DNA of 60,959 nt, counting the filler, from Nitrospinae bacterium RIFCSPLOWO2_12_FULL_45_22 (GTDB lineage Bacteria > 2-12-FULL-45-22), in assembly GCA_001803565.1 (NCBI GenBank). It is 4 parts of 4 records of this genome, joined end to end, with 100 filler letters (N's around TTAATTAATTAA, not from the genome) between each part and the next. Parts side by side here need not be neighbours in the genome. Positions count along the whole stretch, not along the records: positions 43,075 to 60,959 come from MHDQ01000294.1; 3 more parts are not named here. One strand, given 5' to 3'. The stretch's first letter is position 1; the number at the start of each line of letters is the position of its first letter. Shown piece after piece: positions 44,758 through 55,098 of the stretch. The notes under the pieces were generated by a model. That model did no database searches and had not been told where the DNA came from. It worked only from the letters and a program-made list of their open reading frames with translations. Position numbers and translations under genes: made by a program.

Positions 44758-45756
44758 TTAAGAGGTCATATCTGTAATAATCCAGTTATGTTTACGGGAA
44801 CTTCTAATTTTCTTCAAAGCCCATTGTGGGATAAACTTTTTAACGATTCTCCTGGGCGACCAATAAGGATCACTCTCCTCACAACGCTTGCATAGAAAAT
44901 TCTCCGGCAGGTTTTTGTCATGGTAAATTTTATTTAAAATAGTGTGTAATCTGTTCCCAGTCCATATCTCATCAATAGAAGATTCTTTTAGGTTACCAAT
45001 AATAACCTCTCTATCCATATCGTGACAACATAGAAGGACGTCGCCATTAAAAGATATTACCATCTCAAAGAAAACTCGCTCTGTTCGGCATCCCGCAATT
45101 CTTTTTTTAGAAATTTGCTTAATTCCTGGGACCAGACCGCATCTGGATAGAGCTTTACTTATGGTTACATGAACCTGCCTTTCCCCCCAGTATTCAAGAA
45201 CTTTTTTTTCTTCATCTGGCGGCCATTCAAATGAAACGGCGTTAATACTAATTTTTTCCGCAGGGTATTTTTCTAATAAATAATTAATATTCTTCATAGT
45301 ATTTTCATAATTTAAATGCATGATTCTTTCGTAAACATCTTTGGTAAGCCCGTGAAAACTGATGTTAAACCTCCCGCTAAAACCTGCGTCAAGGAGAGAA
45401 TTAAGAATATCGGGATAAAGTAGTGATGCATTGGTATTAAAATAAAGAAAGATTCCATGTTCGCTTGCATATTTGGTCCATTTGGCAATATCTTTTAGAA
45501 TGAAAGGTTCGCCCATCTGGCAGTAGCCCAAAACGCCTTTAAATGAGTAGCTGTCCATCATCTGTGCATAATCATCTATAATTTTTTTGTACAAATCCCA
45601 CGGCATAATACCCATTGGATTTTTTTTGCTTAGTTGTGGGTAGGGACAAATTAAGCATTCCGCGTTACAATAACTATGGATATCAACGAGGAGACCACTG
45701 GGATAAGGTAGCCCTCGTAACAAATTTCTTTTTTTATGCATATTTTTCTTTTTCAA
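44758..45756 (-). CDS. Radical SAM protein with SPASM/twitch domain
   Basis: CNAECLIC, GEP, GDVLLCCHD, CKRC. Confidence 0.9.
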   Translation of the reverse strand: MKKKNMHKKRNLLRGLPYPSGLLVDIHSYCNAECLICPYPQLSKKNPMGIMPWDLYKKIIDDYAQMMDSYSFKGVLGYCQMGEPFILKDIAKWTKYASEHGIFLYFNTNASLLYPDILNSLLDAGFSGRFNISFHGLTKDVYERIMHLNYENTMKNINYLLEKYPAEKISINAVSFEWPPDEEKKVLEYWGERQVHVTISKALSRCGLVPGIKQISKKRIAGCRTERVFFEMVISFNGDVLLCCHDMDREVIIGNLKESSIDEIWTGNRLHTILNKIYHDKNLPENFLCKRCEESDPYWSPRRIVKKFIPQWALKKIRSSRKHNWIITDMTS

Positions 45757-45757
45757 G

Positions 45758-46567
45758 CTATTTCATCAAAGATTTTTTTACTTTTAGTCCACGGTTGCAA
45801 TAAATAGTCATGAGAAAGACCGCATGTAAAAAATAATAAAAAAAGTAGAACAACAGGTAAATATCAATGGATTTTACTACGAAAGCTATGACAAGTAGAA
45901 TATAGTGTGTTTCCCTTACTCTCAGATTATGGACTATTATCCTGCCGGTATTGACGCTCAGAGAGTAATTGCCACCGCCTGCCGCCCCGCTTTTATCCGC
46001 GCTGGCCTGTGTATTTACCGCCAGCTTATTCCACGGTTCCCTGAGCAAAACATCAAAAACATTTTCCACATATGCTGCATAGATGGATAAAAAAGAACTC
46101 AGGCCGCCTACCGCAAGCCATAAAATCGCGCCTTTATTTAACAGATCCGGCCAAATCAGCAAATTAGGATGGCGATATGCCATAATTCCGACCACCCCCC
46201 AAAAACCCATGTCCGCCCAACCCATGAGGGAATCCAGAAACCAGCCATAAGGATTTTGAGTCTTCATGGAACGCGCGATATCTCCGTCAATGCAGTCAAA
46301 TAAATTAAATAAAAGCAACAACCCTATTCCGGCCTCAAGCAACCGCAGACTAGCGCCCATTAAGCATACAAAACCGCTCAAGGCGACAAATCCCGAAATC
46401 CAGGATGCCGCCTCGGAAGTCAGGCCCGCCCGTATGCTTATCCATGTGGCAAAAAAACCTGCAGGCCTGAACAAGAACCGGTTTAACAGCAGATAGCGTT
46501 CATAGCCATGTCTCTGCGAGTGCGCCTCTATTATTTCATGAAGCGTGGGGTATTTAACTTCAGCCAT
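45758..46567 (-). CDS. CDP-alcohol phosphatidyltransferase family protein
   Basis: DCIDGDIAR...GWFLD motif; multiple TMs. Confidence 0.9.
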   Translation of the reverse strand: MAEVKYPTLHEIIEAHSQRHGYERYLLLNRFLFRPAGFFATWISIRAGLTSEAASWISGFVALSGFVCLMGASLRLLEAGIGLLLLFNLFDCIDGDIARSMKTQNPYGWFLDSLMGWADMGFWGVVGIMAYRHPNLLIWPDLLNKGAILWLAVGGLSSFLSIYAAYVENVFDVLLREPWNKLAVNTQASADKSGAAGGGNYSLSVNTGRIIVHNLRVRETHYILLVIAFVVKSIDIYLLFYFFYYFLHAVFLMTIYCNRGLKVKKSLMK

Positions 46568-47281
46568 TTAATCTCCTTTGTATGCCAAAACGGTTATGCT
46601 GCCGTCAAAATATTCGCCAAAAAACTTTTCGCCGACCAGGCGGCGAGCGAGCCTTCTCTTCCAGGACCTTTTGAACTGCCCGCAGTTGAGATAAAAACTT
46701 ATACCGGTAAAACTGGCGGCCTCAAAAAGGCCCTTTATATCCTTGCGGGTAAAATAATGCATATGCCCTCCGCCCCAGACGAAATTATCCGTGCTGGTGC
46801 GCGGAAATTCACCCGCGAACAAAAGCCGGGCCAGGTTCCTGAAATATCTGATGTTTGGAGTGGTAAGTACCAGATGGCCGCCTGGCTTGAGTACCCGGTG
46901 GATCTCCTTAAGGGCAGCCAACGGGTCAGGCAAATGCTCTATCACTTCAAGGCAGACTATGGAGTTAAAATAACGATCCTTCCACGGCAGCGGCCCTCCG
47001 GCGTCACCGGCAACAGCTTCCATGCCGCGCTCCTGTGCCTCGTTAACGGCTTCAGGCGCGATATCAATTCCATAAACATGTTCAAATTTAGCGCTTATAC
47101 ATGGATAGAAACTTCCGTCCCCGCAGCCTACGTCAAGCAGAGTTCCGCCTCCATTAAGGGCTGAGGCGGCAGCCTCAAAGATCTCACTACCGGGCACCAC
47201 ATCCCCTTTGTGGCCCGCCTTGGATACTCTGCCGCGTTCACGCCAATGTCGTTGGTACATATCCGCTGTTTTGTTGTTCAT
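46568..47281 (-). CDS. Class I SAM methyltransferase
   Basis: LLDVGCGDG, EVIEHL, RVLKPGG, TTPN. Confidence 0.92.
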   Translation of the reverse strand: MNNKTADMYQRHWRERGRVSKAGHKGDVVPGSEIFEAAASALNGGGTLLDVGCGDGSFYPCISAKFEHVYGIDIAPEAVNEAQERGMEAVAGDAGGPLPWKDRYFNSIVCLEVIEHLPDPLAALKEIHRVLKPGGHLVLTTPNIRYFRNLARLLFAGEFPRTSTDNFVWGGGHMHYFTRKDIKGLFEAASFTGISFYLNCGQFKRSWKRRLARRLVGEKFFGEYFDGSITVLAYKGD

Positions 47282-47293
47282 AAAAGCGTCCGT

Positions 47294-48223
47294 CTACTTC
47301 CCTGGCCAAAGCCAAAGCGGGCCGGACCCGGTTTTACCCAGAAAATAGTCAACCATAGCGGCCAGATAGGCCAGGGCCTTTTTTTTCCGCTCCGGCTCCG
47401 AGGATTTAAACAGCAGCCAGGCGATATCGCGCGCAAAGCCGGCAATTAACTTTATTCGTATCCCTGGCACGTGCGACCCGGCAAACAACAACTGGCCGCG
47501 GGTTTTATGGTAGGCATTGAGCGGAGAATCGTTTCCACCGGAAGAAGCCGAAACCTTGTGCCATATTTTAGCGGCAGGCGCGACAAAGTTGAGAAACCCG
47601 GCCTTTTTTGCCCTCAGGCACCAGTCCGTGTCTTCCCAGTATAGGAAAAACCGCTCGTCCAGCAGGCCTATTTTTTCTATCACGGCTTTTTTCACAAGCA
47701 GGGCGCAGCCAGTGATATAGTCGGATTCAGTAAGCACCGGCACCGCTGAGCTTTTTGCCAATTCGCCGGAACGCGGAAAAGTGAACTGATAACCCAGCGG
47801 GTCAAACACGGCCCCTGAAAAAGATATTCTTTCACGCTTGTCAAAGTAACGCACCTCTGGGCCCATCATAGCGGAAAGAGGATTTTTTTGGGCGGCCTCA
47901 ATTAAAATATCCAGAAAATCCTCCCCGACCACAGTATCATCGTTCAGCAAAAAAACATATTCGGCCCCTTTTCTCAACGCGCGCTTTATGCCTATATTAT
48001 TGCCCCCGGCGAAACCGAGATTTTTCCCGTTATGGATAATTTCAGAGAGCCTGCCGGAAAAAGGCGAAAGTCTTTTTTCAAGCTCCGCGTTTTCCGGGCC
48101 GTTATGAACAACAAAGATGTCAAAGTTCGCATAAGAAATCCTGCCGAGAGAAGTCAGGCATTCCAAAAGCCCGTCAACATCATTAAGGTGGAGTATTATT
48201 ACTGAAACTTTGGGTTGTGTCAT
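47294..48223 (-). CDS. GT2 glycosyltransferase
   Basis: NLGFAGGNN, LLNDD, TGCALL, FFLYWEDTDW. Confidence 0.93.
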   Translation of the reverse strand: MTQPKVSVIILHLNDVDGLLECLTSLGRISYANFDIFVVHNGPENAELEKRLSPFSGRLSEIIHNGKNLGFAGGNNIGIKRALRKGAEYVFLLNDDTVVGEDFLDILIEAAQKNPLSAMMGPEVRYFDKRERISFSGAVFDPLGYQFTFPRSGELAKSSAVPVLTESDYITGCALLVKKAVIEKIGLLDERFFLYWEDTDWCLRAKKAGFLNFVAPAAKIWHKVSASSGGNDSPLNAYHKTRGQLLFAGSHVPGIRIKLIAGFARDIAWLLFKSSEPERKKKALAYLAAMVDYFLGKTGSGPLWLWPGK

Positions 48224-48270
48224 ATCGCGCGTTTTTATTAAGATGGTTCCGCAAGTCCCAAACTAGAGCT

Positions 48271-49062
48271 CTATTTTTGTGCAAAAACAAGCATTGCTTC
48301 TGAACGATTAGTCAGCACTGAAACCCAATTTATCAGCCTTTTGATAAAAGATTTTGGCCGACAACCGGAAACCGGGTAGTTTTCTTTCGCTTCAAAATAG
48401 ATTACTTTAAAACCGGCAAGAATTAATAGTCTCTTGAGGGTTCCCGGAGTAAAATGCCAAACATGCTCTTCAGGCCTGAGTGACGGCCATTGGTTGCCCT
48501 GCAAGCCGGCCATGATACTGCCGATGTTAGGAACCCCGATGACAAGCAAACCGTCGTTTTTTAGTATCCGGCGGACCTCCGCCAGAAGCTCCAGAGGAAC
48601 GCTCACGTGTTCCAGAACATGATTAATAACGACAACATCGAAGGCTTCTGTCTCCAGCCGCGCATCTGCCAGAGGCCCCATCAACACATCCAACCCCATT
48701 TCCTCTCTAGCGAAAGCCACGGCCCACTCAGAAACCTCCACCCCCTTCACGGTAAAGCCACGCTTCACCGCTACAGACAACAACGCCCCGACCCCGGCCC
48801 CCACATCAAGCAATTTGCCTTCCCGCTTGAAACGGATAACTTTGTCTAAAAGCCCTTCAAACATGGCACAGAATTCGTCCCAGCGCCCCACATATTGGTT
48901 TTTTCCGGAAAAATAGCCCTCGGCATAGGAGGTCATCTCCTGTTTGAAGTCGGCGGTATAAATAATGCCGCACTCTGCGCATTTTACCAGCCGGTGACCG
49001 CCTGTATTCAATACGGCGGCGTTGGTTCCACTGCCGCACAAGCCACAAGTCATTGCCTCCAC
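48271..49062 (-). CDS. Class I SAM methyltransferase with N-terminal Zn ribbon
   Basis: CGLC...CAEC; LLDVGAGVG; HVLEH. Confidence 0.92.
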   Translation of the reverse strand: MEAMTCGLCGSGTNAAVLNTGGHRLVKCAECGIIYTADFKQEMTSYAEGYFSGKNQYVGRWDEFCAMFEGLLDKVIRFKREGKLLDVGAGVGALLSVAVKRGFTVKGVEVSEWAVAFAREEMGLDVLMGPLADARLETEAFDVVVINHVLEHVSVPLELLAEVRRILKNDGLLVIGVPNIGSIMAGLQGNQWPSLRPEEHVWHFTPGTLKRLLILAGFKVIYFEAKENYPVSGCRPKSFIKRLINWVSVLTNRSEAMLVFAQK

Positions 49063-49916
49063 CCCTCCAGGACAGCCTGCCTTATCCGCTCATATACCGC
49101 ACTTACCGGCTCATTGAGAAACTCACGTTTTTCCCAAAGCTTGATATACGAAAGCGCTTGATAAAAGGCCATCATAAGGCAAAGTGAAAACCCCCGCACC
49201 CCGCCCTTGTAACCCTTTCCTTTGAAAAAGCGGCGATAAAATTCGCACAATACCGCCTTAAAAAGAAGGTAAAAAGAAAACTTTACTCCTTTATCAAAGA
49301 GATGCTGCGCCTCAACATTTGTATACCTGTTCAATTTTTCCACGAAATGGGCACTGTCGGTATAATTGAAATGAGCGATACAGTTTTCTTCCTTAATTGC
49401 TAGACCGATCACGCGAGCATCGGCGGCCCTCTGCATGTAGCCATGGATGGTTTCGGTAAAGGTGATCTTTCCGCGACGGAAAAAACGTGGCAGGGGAGTA
49501 TACCCCCACCCGCTGTGCCTGACACAAGCACCCATGATGTAGTGCCTAAACGGAATTTCCACAATATCCGCCTCATTTTTCTCTGCAATCGCCTTGAGGG
49601 CCGTGCTCAGTGTTTTTGGCACCATCTCATCGGCGTCAACGATAAGAATCCATTCGCCGGTCGCCTGTTCAACGGCACATTTTTTGCCAATATCGAATGC
49701 CAACACCATGGGATGACTGTAAATGCGGTCGGTATACTCCCGGGCAATCTCAACTGTTTGGTCGCCGCTCTCCATATCCACAACGATGATTTCATCGCAC
49801 CAGCGCACGGTCTCCAGGCAGTAGCGGATATTGTGCTCCTCATTGCGGGCGAGGATGACCGCGGATATCCGCGGCGTTTTTATTTTATTAGTTGGTTTTG
49901 ATTGCATAAACCTCAA
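49050..49916 (-). CDS. GT2 glycosyltransferase (beta-1,4-glucosyltransferase-like)
   Basis: ARNEEHNI, VVDMESGDQT, WILIVDADE, KLNRYT. Confidence 0.92.
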   Translation of the reverse strand: MRFMQSKPTNKIKTPRISAVILARNEEHNIRYCLETVRWCDEIIVVDMESGDQTVEIAREYTDRIYSHPMVLAFDIGKKCAVEQATGEWILIVDADEMVPKTLSTALKAIAEKNEADIVEIPFRHYIMGACVRHSGWGYTPLPRFFRRGKITFTETIHGYMQRAADARVIGLAIKEENCIAHFNYTDSAHFVEKLNRYTNVEAQHLFDKGVKFSFYLLFKAVLCEFYRRFFKGKGYKGGVRGFSLCLMMAFYQALSYIKLWEKREFLNEPVSAVYERIRQAVLEGWRQ

Positions 49917-50760
49917 TAAGCCCGCCTTTTTTCATTTTCCACCACATTCTCTGTAATAATAAAATCGGTACAAAAATTATTCCGGTTAGGTTAAGCAGTC
50001 TTTGCAGCGCCCTGCCTATGAGCCCGTTTATCCGGTAAGCAGCCATAAGGTTGTTGCTGAAATCCCTGGCCGGCTCCCAGGTCTTAATTTCTTTAACGGC
50101 AAATCCATGTGAAAGCAAAAATCTTATCATAGTTTCCGGCGTGAAATGATATAAATGGTCCGGGGGAGTCAGCCAATGCCATTTACTTTTTGTAAGTTCA
50201 GCCATCAGGCTGTTAAAATTTGGAGACTGCAAAATAAGGAGTCCGTTATTTTTCAGTATTCTTCTTACTTCAACCAAAAAGCCATGCATGTCCGGAACAT
50301 GCTCCAACACATCAAACAGCGTGATAATATCAAATGTCTTATCAGAAAACCCGATATCTTCAATACATTTCGAATAGATATCAAGATGAAACTTTTCTCT
50401 GCCATACGCTGCGCAGCCTTCATTCAGTTCAACCCCTTTAACATCAAACCCCGCCTGTTGGGCCGCTTTCATAAAAAAACCGATATTGCATCCGATATCC
50501 AGCAGTTTCCCACTCCCTTCCAATTTTTTAATATTCCTGATATACCCCTCATATCTCTTTTTAAAGTCATCCTGCCGTGATAGATATACACGAATTCTTT
50601 GTTCAACATCATATACGCCCTTATTTAATTCTATTAAATCCTCTTTCGCGGGAAACGGCGCTGTAACCCCAATTCCGCACACTCTGCATTTCAATATGGA
50701 ATATGTTTCCACCTTACACCATTCAATAAAGGATATTTCACCGCAAATAGGGCATTTCAT
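49888..50760 (-). CDS. Class I SAM methyltransferase with N-terminal Zn ribbon
   Basis: CPIC...CRVC; LLDIGCNIG; DVLEH; PPDHLYHF. Confidence 0.92.
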   Translation of the reverse strand: MKCPICGEISFIEWCKVETYSILKCRVCGIGVTAPFPAKEDLIELNKGVYDVEQRIRVYLSRQDDFKKRYEGYIRNIKKLEGSGKLLDIGCNIGFFMKAAQQAGFDVKGVELNEGCAAYGREKFHLDIYSKCIEDIGFSDKTFDIITLFDVLEHVPDMHGFLVEVRRILKNNGLLILQSPNFNSLMAELTKSKWHWLTPPDHLYHFTPETMIRFLLSHGFAVKEIKTWEPARDFSNNLMAAYRINGLIGRALQRLLNLTGIIFVPILLLQRMWWKMKKGGLIEVYAIKTN

Positions 50761-52076
50761 TTAAGCAACTCTTTTATTCTGGGAACAATCTTTTTATAGA
50801 CAGGCTGGTAGTTTAAAACCCTGCGCCGCATCTGAGCCAGCGCCTCCAGGGAGTGTTCCGCGGCATATATCATATACGGCTCATCGGTCAGCCAAAAGTC
50901 ATCATCAATGATCCACTGGCGTTTACACTGCTGATGTAACTTGGTGCCCGGCAGTATCCATAGGCCGCCGATACACCCTATCTCATCAGGCTGTGTTCTT
51001 TTCAGGAAATTGATGGTGTCGCTGACCGTTTCCTCTGTCTCTCCCACATTTCCGATGATTATAAGGGCAGTGGCCTTCAATCCTACCTGTTTGCAAAGCC
51101 GGATGGCCCGTTCCGAGACAGCAACACTATTCTCCTTTCCCATTCTTTCCAAAAGCAGCGGCGAACCGGTTTCAATGCCAAAAGCTATATTATAGCAACC
51201 GGCCTCTTTCAGTTTTTGCAGAACGGCCTCATCAACGCAATCAGTTCTGGTGGTAACATGAAACGCAATATTGAGCCGCCGTGCGATTATCTGATCACAG
51301 AGAGCAATCGTCGCCTGGCGGTTAACAGTCATGGTGTCATCTGCAAAGCAGAAATGGCGTATCCCGAAATCCCTATAAAGCAGCTCGATTTCATCAACCA
51401 TGTTCCCGGGAGATCTGTGTCTCCACGTTTTCCAAATCCACCAGGTGGAACAAAATTCGCAATGCCCCTTGCAGCCGCGCGAGAAAATGACAGAAACACG
51501 AGTCTCCCGCGACAGATCTATCCCTCGCACTACCCCTTCGCCTCTGGCCGGATATTTCTTCAGGTCAACCAGGTGCCAGGCCGGGAACGGGACATCATCA
51601 AGGTTTTCCACATATTTCCTGGCGGCAGTCTTTACTGCCTTGCCGTTATCCTGGTAAACCAGGCCGTTAATATGTGCGGGGTCTTTACCCTGGGCAATTT
51701 CCAGAAATGTTTCTTCCCCTTCCCCAATGACAATATAGTCAACAAAAGGATAGTGCTCCATAATCTGGCCATGCATGATAGTCGGATGGGCTCCGCCCAG
51801 GACTACCGGGATGCTCCGGTCAAAGGCCTTGACTATTTGCGCCGCTTCCAGTGCCTTTTTACGGCCTGGGGTCAGGCAGGTTATTCCGACTAAGCCGGGC
51901 TTGAAATCCAGAATAGCCCGCTGCACGGCATCTCTGCCCTCCAGGTAGCCGTCGACTATTTTCACCTCAAAACCATGTTTCAACAAGGTTCCCGCCAGGT
52001 AAAGAAGTCCCAAGGGCGGGTTGGAAAACCCGTCCTGCCCAGAACCGAAGGGATTAACAAGCAGCACCCCCTTCAT
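50757..52076 (-). CDS. B12-binding radical SAM protein
   Basis: PPLGLLYLA, GGAHPT, GEGE, SRGCKGHCEFC, FGIETGS. Confidence 0.94.
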   Translation of the reverse strand: MKGVLLVNPFGSGQDGFSNPPLGLLYLAGTLLKHGFEVKIVDGYLEGRDAVQRAILDFKPGLVGITCLTPGRKKALEAAQIVKAFDRSIPVVLGGAHPTIMHGQIMEHYPFVDYIVIGEGEETFLEIAQGKDPAHINGLVYQDNGKAVKTAARKYVENLDDVPFPAWHLVDLKKYPARGEGVVRGIDLSRETRVSVIFSRGCKGHCEFCSTWWIWKTWRHRSPGNMVDEIELLYRDFGIRHFCFADDTMTVNRQATIALCDQIIARRLNIAFHVTTRTDCVDEAVLQKLKEAGCYNIAFGIETGSPLLLERMGKENSVAVSERAIRLCKQVGLKATALIIIGNVGETEETVSDTINFLKRTQPDEIGCIGGLWILPGTKLHQQCKRQWIIDDDFWLTDEPYMIYAAEHSLEALAQMRRRVLNYQPVYKKIVPRIKELLK

Positions 52077-53572
52077 ATTTTTTCTTCGCCTCTTCCCGCG
52101 ACTTTCAGGAAGTGATCCCTGAATTCTTCGAGGATGTTTTTGTTCAACATGTACATAATGCCAAGGTAAATCATGATACCAGCGCAGAATATGCCCGAAA
52201 CCGTCACAAGAGTGGCCTGAAGCTGCATAGCAGCCACTTTACAGATACCGCCTGCACCTATCGCCGCGCATAGCTGCCATTTAACATTCCCGCTTAATGA
52301 AATTTTCACCCGTTCCGCCCGCAACACCCGCCTGTATATGAGATAGAATAACACGCCGATAATGGGTTGATTGAAGGCTATCCCGTTAAAACCAAATACT
52401 ATCACAAACGGTATACCCAGTCCCCATTCAAGGGCCAGCAGCGTCACCATCATTTTCAGCAGAATCCCGGATTTGCCGACAGCCAGAATGGCGCTATACA
52501 TGGGCAGCACAATGCCGACAATCAGCGGAGAGGTGCAGTAGAAATAATACGCCCAGAGTCCGGGCAGCCATTTGTTTGTAAAAACAACATGTACAATCTC
52601 CGGACCGAGGGCAACCATCAAAGCCGTGACAGGGAACATCACCAGGGTAATACACCGGATCGAGCGCTCAACCGCTCTTGCCAAAAGCTCACGATCTTCC
52701 TGTATTCTGGAAAAAGCTGGGAACGCCACCCTGCCGAAGGTTTCCGACAGCATAAGCGGAGCAAAGGCAAGACTCTTCGCCCAGTTCACATACCCCACCG
52801 CCACCGCCCCCGCGTACATGCCGACAAAAACAGGGGTTACCGCGTCCTTGATGAAGCCCAGAATGCTGTTGCCCTGGTATGGAAGCCCGAACCGGACCAA
52901 ATCCTTCACCGCGGCAAAGCGAAACTGCGGCGCGGGCCGCCATGCGGAAAGCGAATACATAACAACCACCCCGAAAAGCGCCCTCACAAGCGCCGCGATG
53001 ATGAAACTCCACACCTCAAAGCCTGTCAGGGCAAACGAAATAGCGGCAATATAGAATGCAATAGTCTCCGTGATATCCACCAAAGCAATCCGGTTAAAGT
53101 CCACCTTCCGCTCCATTAAAATCGCCGGAATGGTTTTCAACGAGGCAAACGCGAAGCTGACGGCCATGGCCCTGATGAGCCAGACTCCGGTGGGCGGCAG
53201 GGAGGGGTAAATTATCAGCGCCAGCGGTGCGGCAACCATTACGATACCCGCGACACACCAGACTAGTACCTGCTGCAGCCAGAAAGTTGTAGAAATCTCT
53301 TCGCGGCTCAGTTTCCCCTTTTTCTGGATGAGCGCCGCCCCGATTCCCACATCAGCAAAAGTGGAAAAAAACTGCACCACAAAAATGACGATGGCATAAA
53401 TTCCGAACACCTGGGGAGCAAGCAAGCGGGCCAGAATAATATTGGCAGCAAAGCAAATCAGTCTGACGGCTACCTGCCTTTTGATGAGAACGCCGATGCC
53501 GCTAAAGGTTTTTTTCTTCAGCTCCACAAGACTGTCCGCTTGTCCCAGGCCTGCCGCAGAAAAATCATTCAT
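52073..53572 (-). CDS. wzx: Wzx-type polysaccharide flippase
   Basis: ILARLLAPQVFG, DVGIGAALIQ, FPAFSRIQ; 12 or more TMs. Confidence 0.9.
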   Translation of the reverse strand: MNDFSAAGLGQADSLVELKKKTFSGIGVLIKRQVAVRLICFAANIILARLLAPQVFGIYAIVIFVVQFFSTFADVGIGAALIQKKGKLSREEISTTFWLQQVLVWCVAGIVMVAAPLALIIYPSLPPTGVWLIRAMAVSFAFASLKTIPAILMERKVDFNRIALVDITETIAFYIAAISFALTGFEVWSFIIAALVRALFGVVVMYSLSAWRPAPQFRFAAVKDLVRFGLPYQGNSILGFIKDAVTPVFVGMYAGAVAVGYVNWAKSLAFAPLMLSETFGRVAFPAFSRIQEDRELLARAVERSIRCITLVMFPVTALMVALGPEIVHVVFTNKWLPGLWAYYFYCTSPLIVGIVLPMYSAILAVGKSGILLKMMVTLLALEWGLGIPFVIVFGFNGIAFNQPIIGVLFYLIYRRVLRAERVKISLSGNVKWQLCAAIGAGGICKVAAMQLQATLVTVSGIFCAGIMIYLGIMYMLNKNILEEFRDHFLKVAGRGEEKI

Positions 53573-53717
53573 TCATACGCCCCTTATTGGCCGCCCTGCC
53601 GCCAAAAGGGCTGCTCATGCTCTAAAAGCATACCCGCATCCCCATACCGATTCCGAAAGGCTTCCCCCCTGGCCCGCCTTTCACTTTTCCCATCAACCGA
53701 TTACTGGCCTTAATCTC

Positions 53718-54773
53718 TCATTTTTTTATATTAGCGTTGTTAAATATTTCAGGGTAGAGTTCCTGGAATTTCCCGGAAGAAAACAGGAAAACAATACCAT
53801 CAACGATTGGGAACTCGCTGGCGCATACAGAGCATAAAATTCCGCGCTCTTTTTGAATAAGCTTTGATTCCTGCCCCGTCTCCCTGCATACGGGGCAAAT
53901 AAGAATATCCTTAATGGAAATATCTTTTGGAATACTATTGCCTGGTTTACGGCAAATTCCGTGAATTTCCCCGCCAAACAAATATGCAAAAAGAAATTTC
54001 AAATAGTTTGTGGGATTGAACAATTCCGACTTAATATTCTTAATGGCGCGCAAAAACACTTGTTTATCTTCGAATCCGCTTAAAGCCTGCCTCCAAACGC
54101 CTATTGGTATCCGCTCATTCTCAATAACGCCATACTTTACTTCGTTGCAATTTGTTTTGGAAAAAAAGAAATTAAAAATGTTGCCCACCTTGCTTGTCTT
54201 GGCAGGTTCCTTTGAATAAATTTTTTTGCCTTTATATAAATTAACATAGAGAACTTTCTTGAACGGCTCTTCATTTACCGCAAAATATCCACCGGGCGAA
54301 AGAACGCGATAAATTTCCTTCACAATCGGGGTCGGGTCGGGAAAATGATGCAGCGTTTGATAACAAAAAACAAAAGGAATGGAACCGGTCATAAAGGGCA
54401 GCTTGTTCGCGTCACAGCAGATTCTAAATGGGACCTTGTTTTTATTAAAAACGCCCTTGTAATAATCACAGCTTTTAAGCATGTCGTATGATATATCCAC
54501 GGCCGCCCCGGCCGTATCAAGATCATTTTCCATAACCAGGGATCTTTGACACCGCTCCGCGCCGATTTCCACAAAGGGGGGCCTCACTATATTCTTTCCT
54601 TTCAGCAATGTCATTTGCTCCAGTGTTTTTTTCATTCTTTCACCAAGGATTTTTGAAATTTCTTTGCCGTCAAACTCATCTTCAAAAACACTTTCCCCCT
54701 CAACTTGCTGGTTAAAGAGCTTCCTTCTAAATTCAATTTCGCCCTTCTGTGCCCGCGCGGATTGCTGTTCCAT
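53718..54773 (-). CDS. Methyltransferase with C-terminal Trm112-like Zn finger
   Basis: VEIGAE, DANKLPF, LHHF, RVLSPGG; LICPVC...CSVCASEFPIVDGI. Confidence 0.85.
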   Translation of the reverse strand: MEQQSARAQKGEIEFRRKLFNQQVEGESVFEDEFDGKEISKILGERMKKTLEQMTLLKGKNIVRPPFVEIGAERCQRSLVMENDLDTAGAAVDISYDMLKSCDYYKGVFNKNKVPFRICCDANKLPFMTGSIPFVFCYQTLHHFPDPTPIVKEIYRVLSPGGYFAVNEEPFKKVLYVNLYKGKKIYSKEPAKTSKVGNIFNFFFSKTNCNEVKYGVIENERIPIGVWRQALSGFEDKQVFLRAIKNIKSELFNPTNYLKFLFAYLFGGEIHGICRKPGNSIPKDISIKDILICPVCRETGQESKLIQKERGILCSVCASEFPIVDGIVFLFSSGKFQELYPEIFNNANIKK

Positions 54774-55098
54774 AATTCAATTCTTCTCACCCCTGAAATG
54801 GTCTGTTTATAGCGTACCTTGATATCTCGTTTGGTAAGAAAATAGAGCAGTTCTCTATAATTCCATAACTCTTTTAAGTCAACTGGTATCCATCAGAGAT
54901 TTGAAAGATAATTTTGACCCTCTTTGGCACGATATTTGTAATTTTCTTAAACCTTGCTAAATTTGAGTTTCGGTGGCATTACTATTTCATCATAGATTTT
55001 CTGAGGTTTTTGATTCAAATAGTTGAGCCCGGTAGTACTCGCAACCTTCCCGTCTGTATAGCCCTCAACCCTTTGCTGAACGCCATTTACAGTCCGGC

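Noticed and set aside
46508-53119. Long plus-strand ORFs (46508-47164, 51216-51893, 52367-53119) and other antisense ORFs
   Set aside because: Shadows of well-supported minus-strand genes in GC-rich DNA; no motifs
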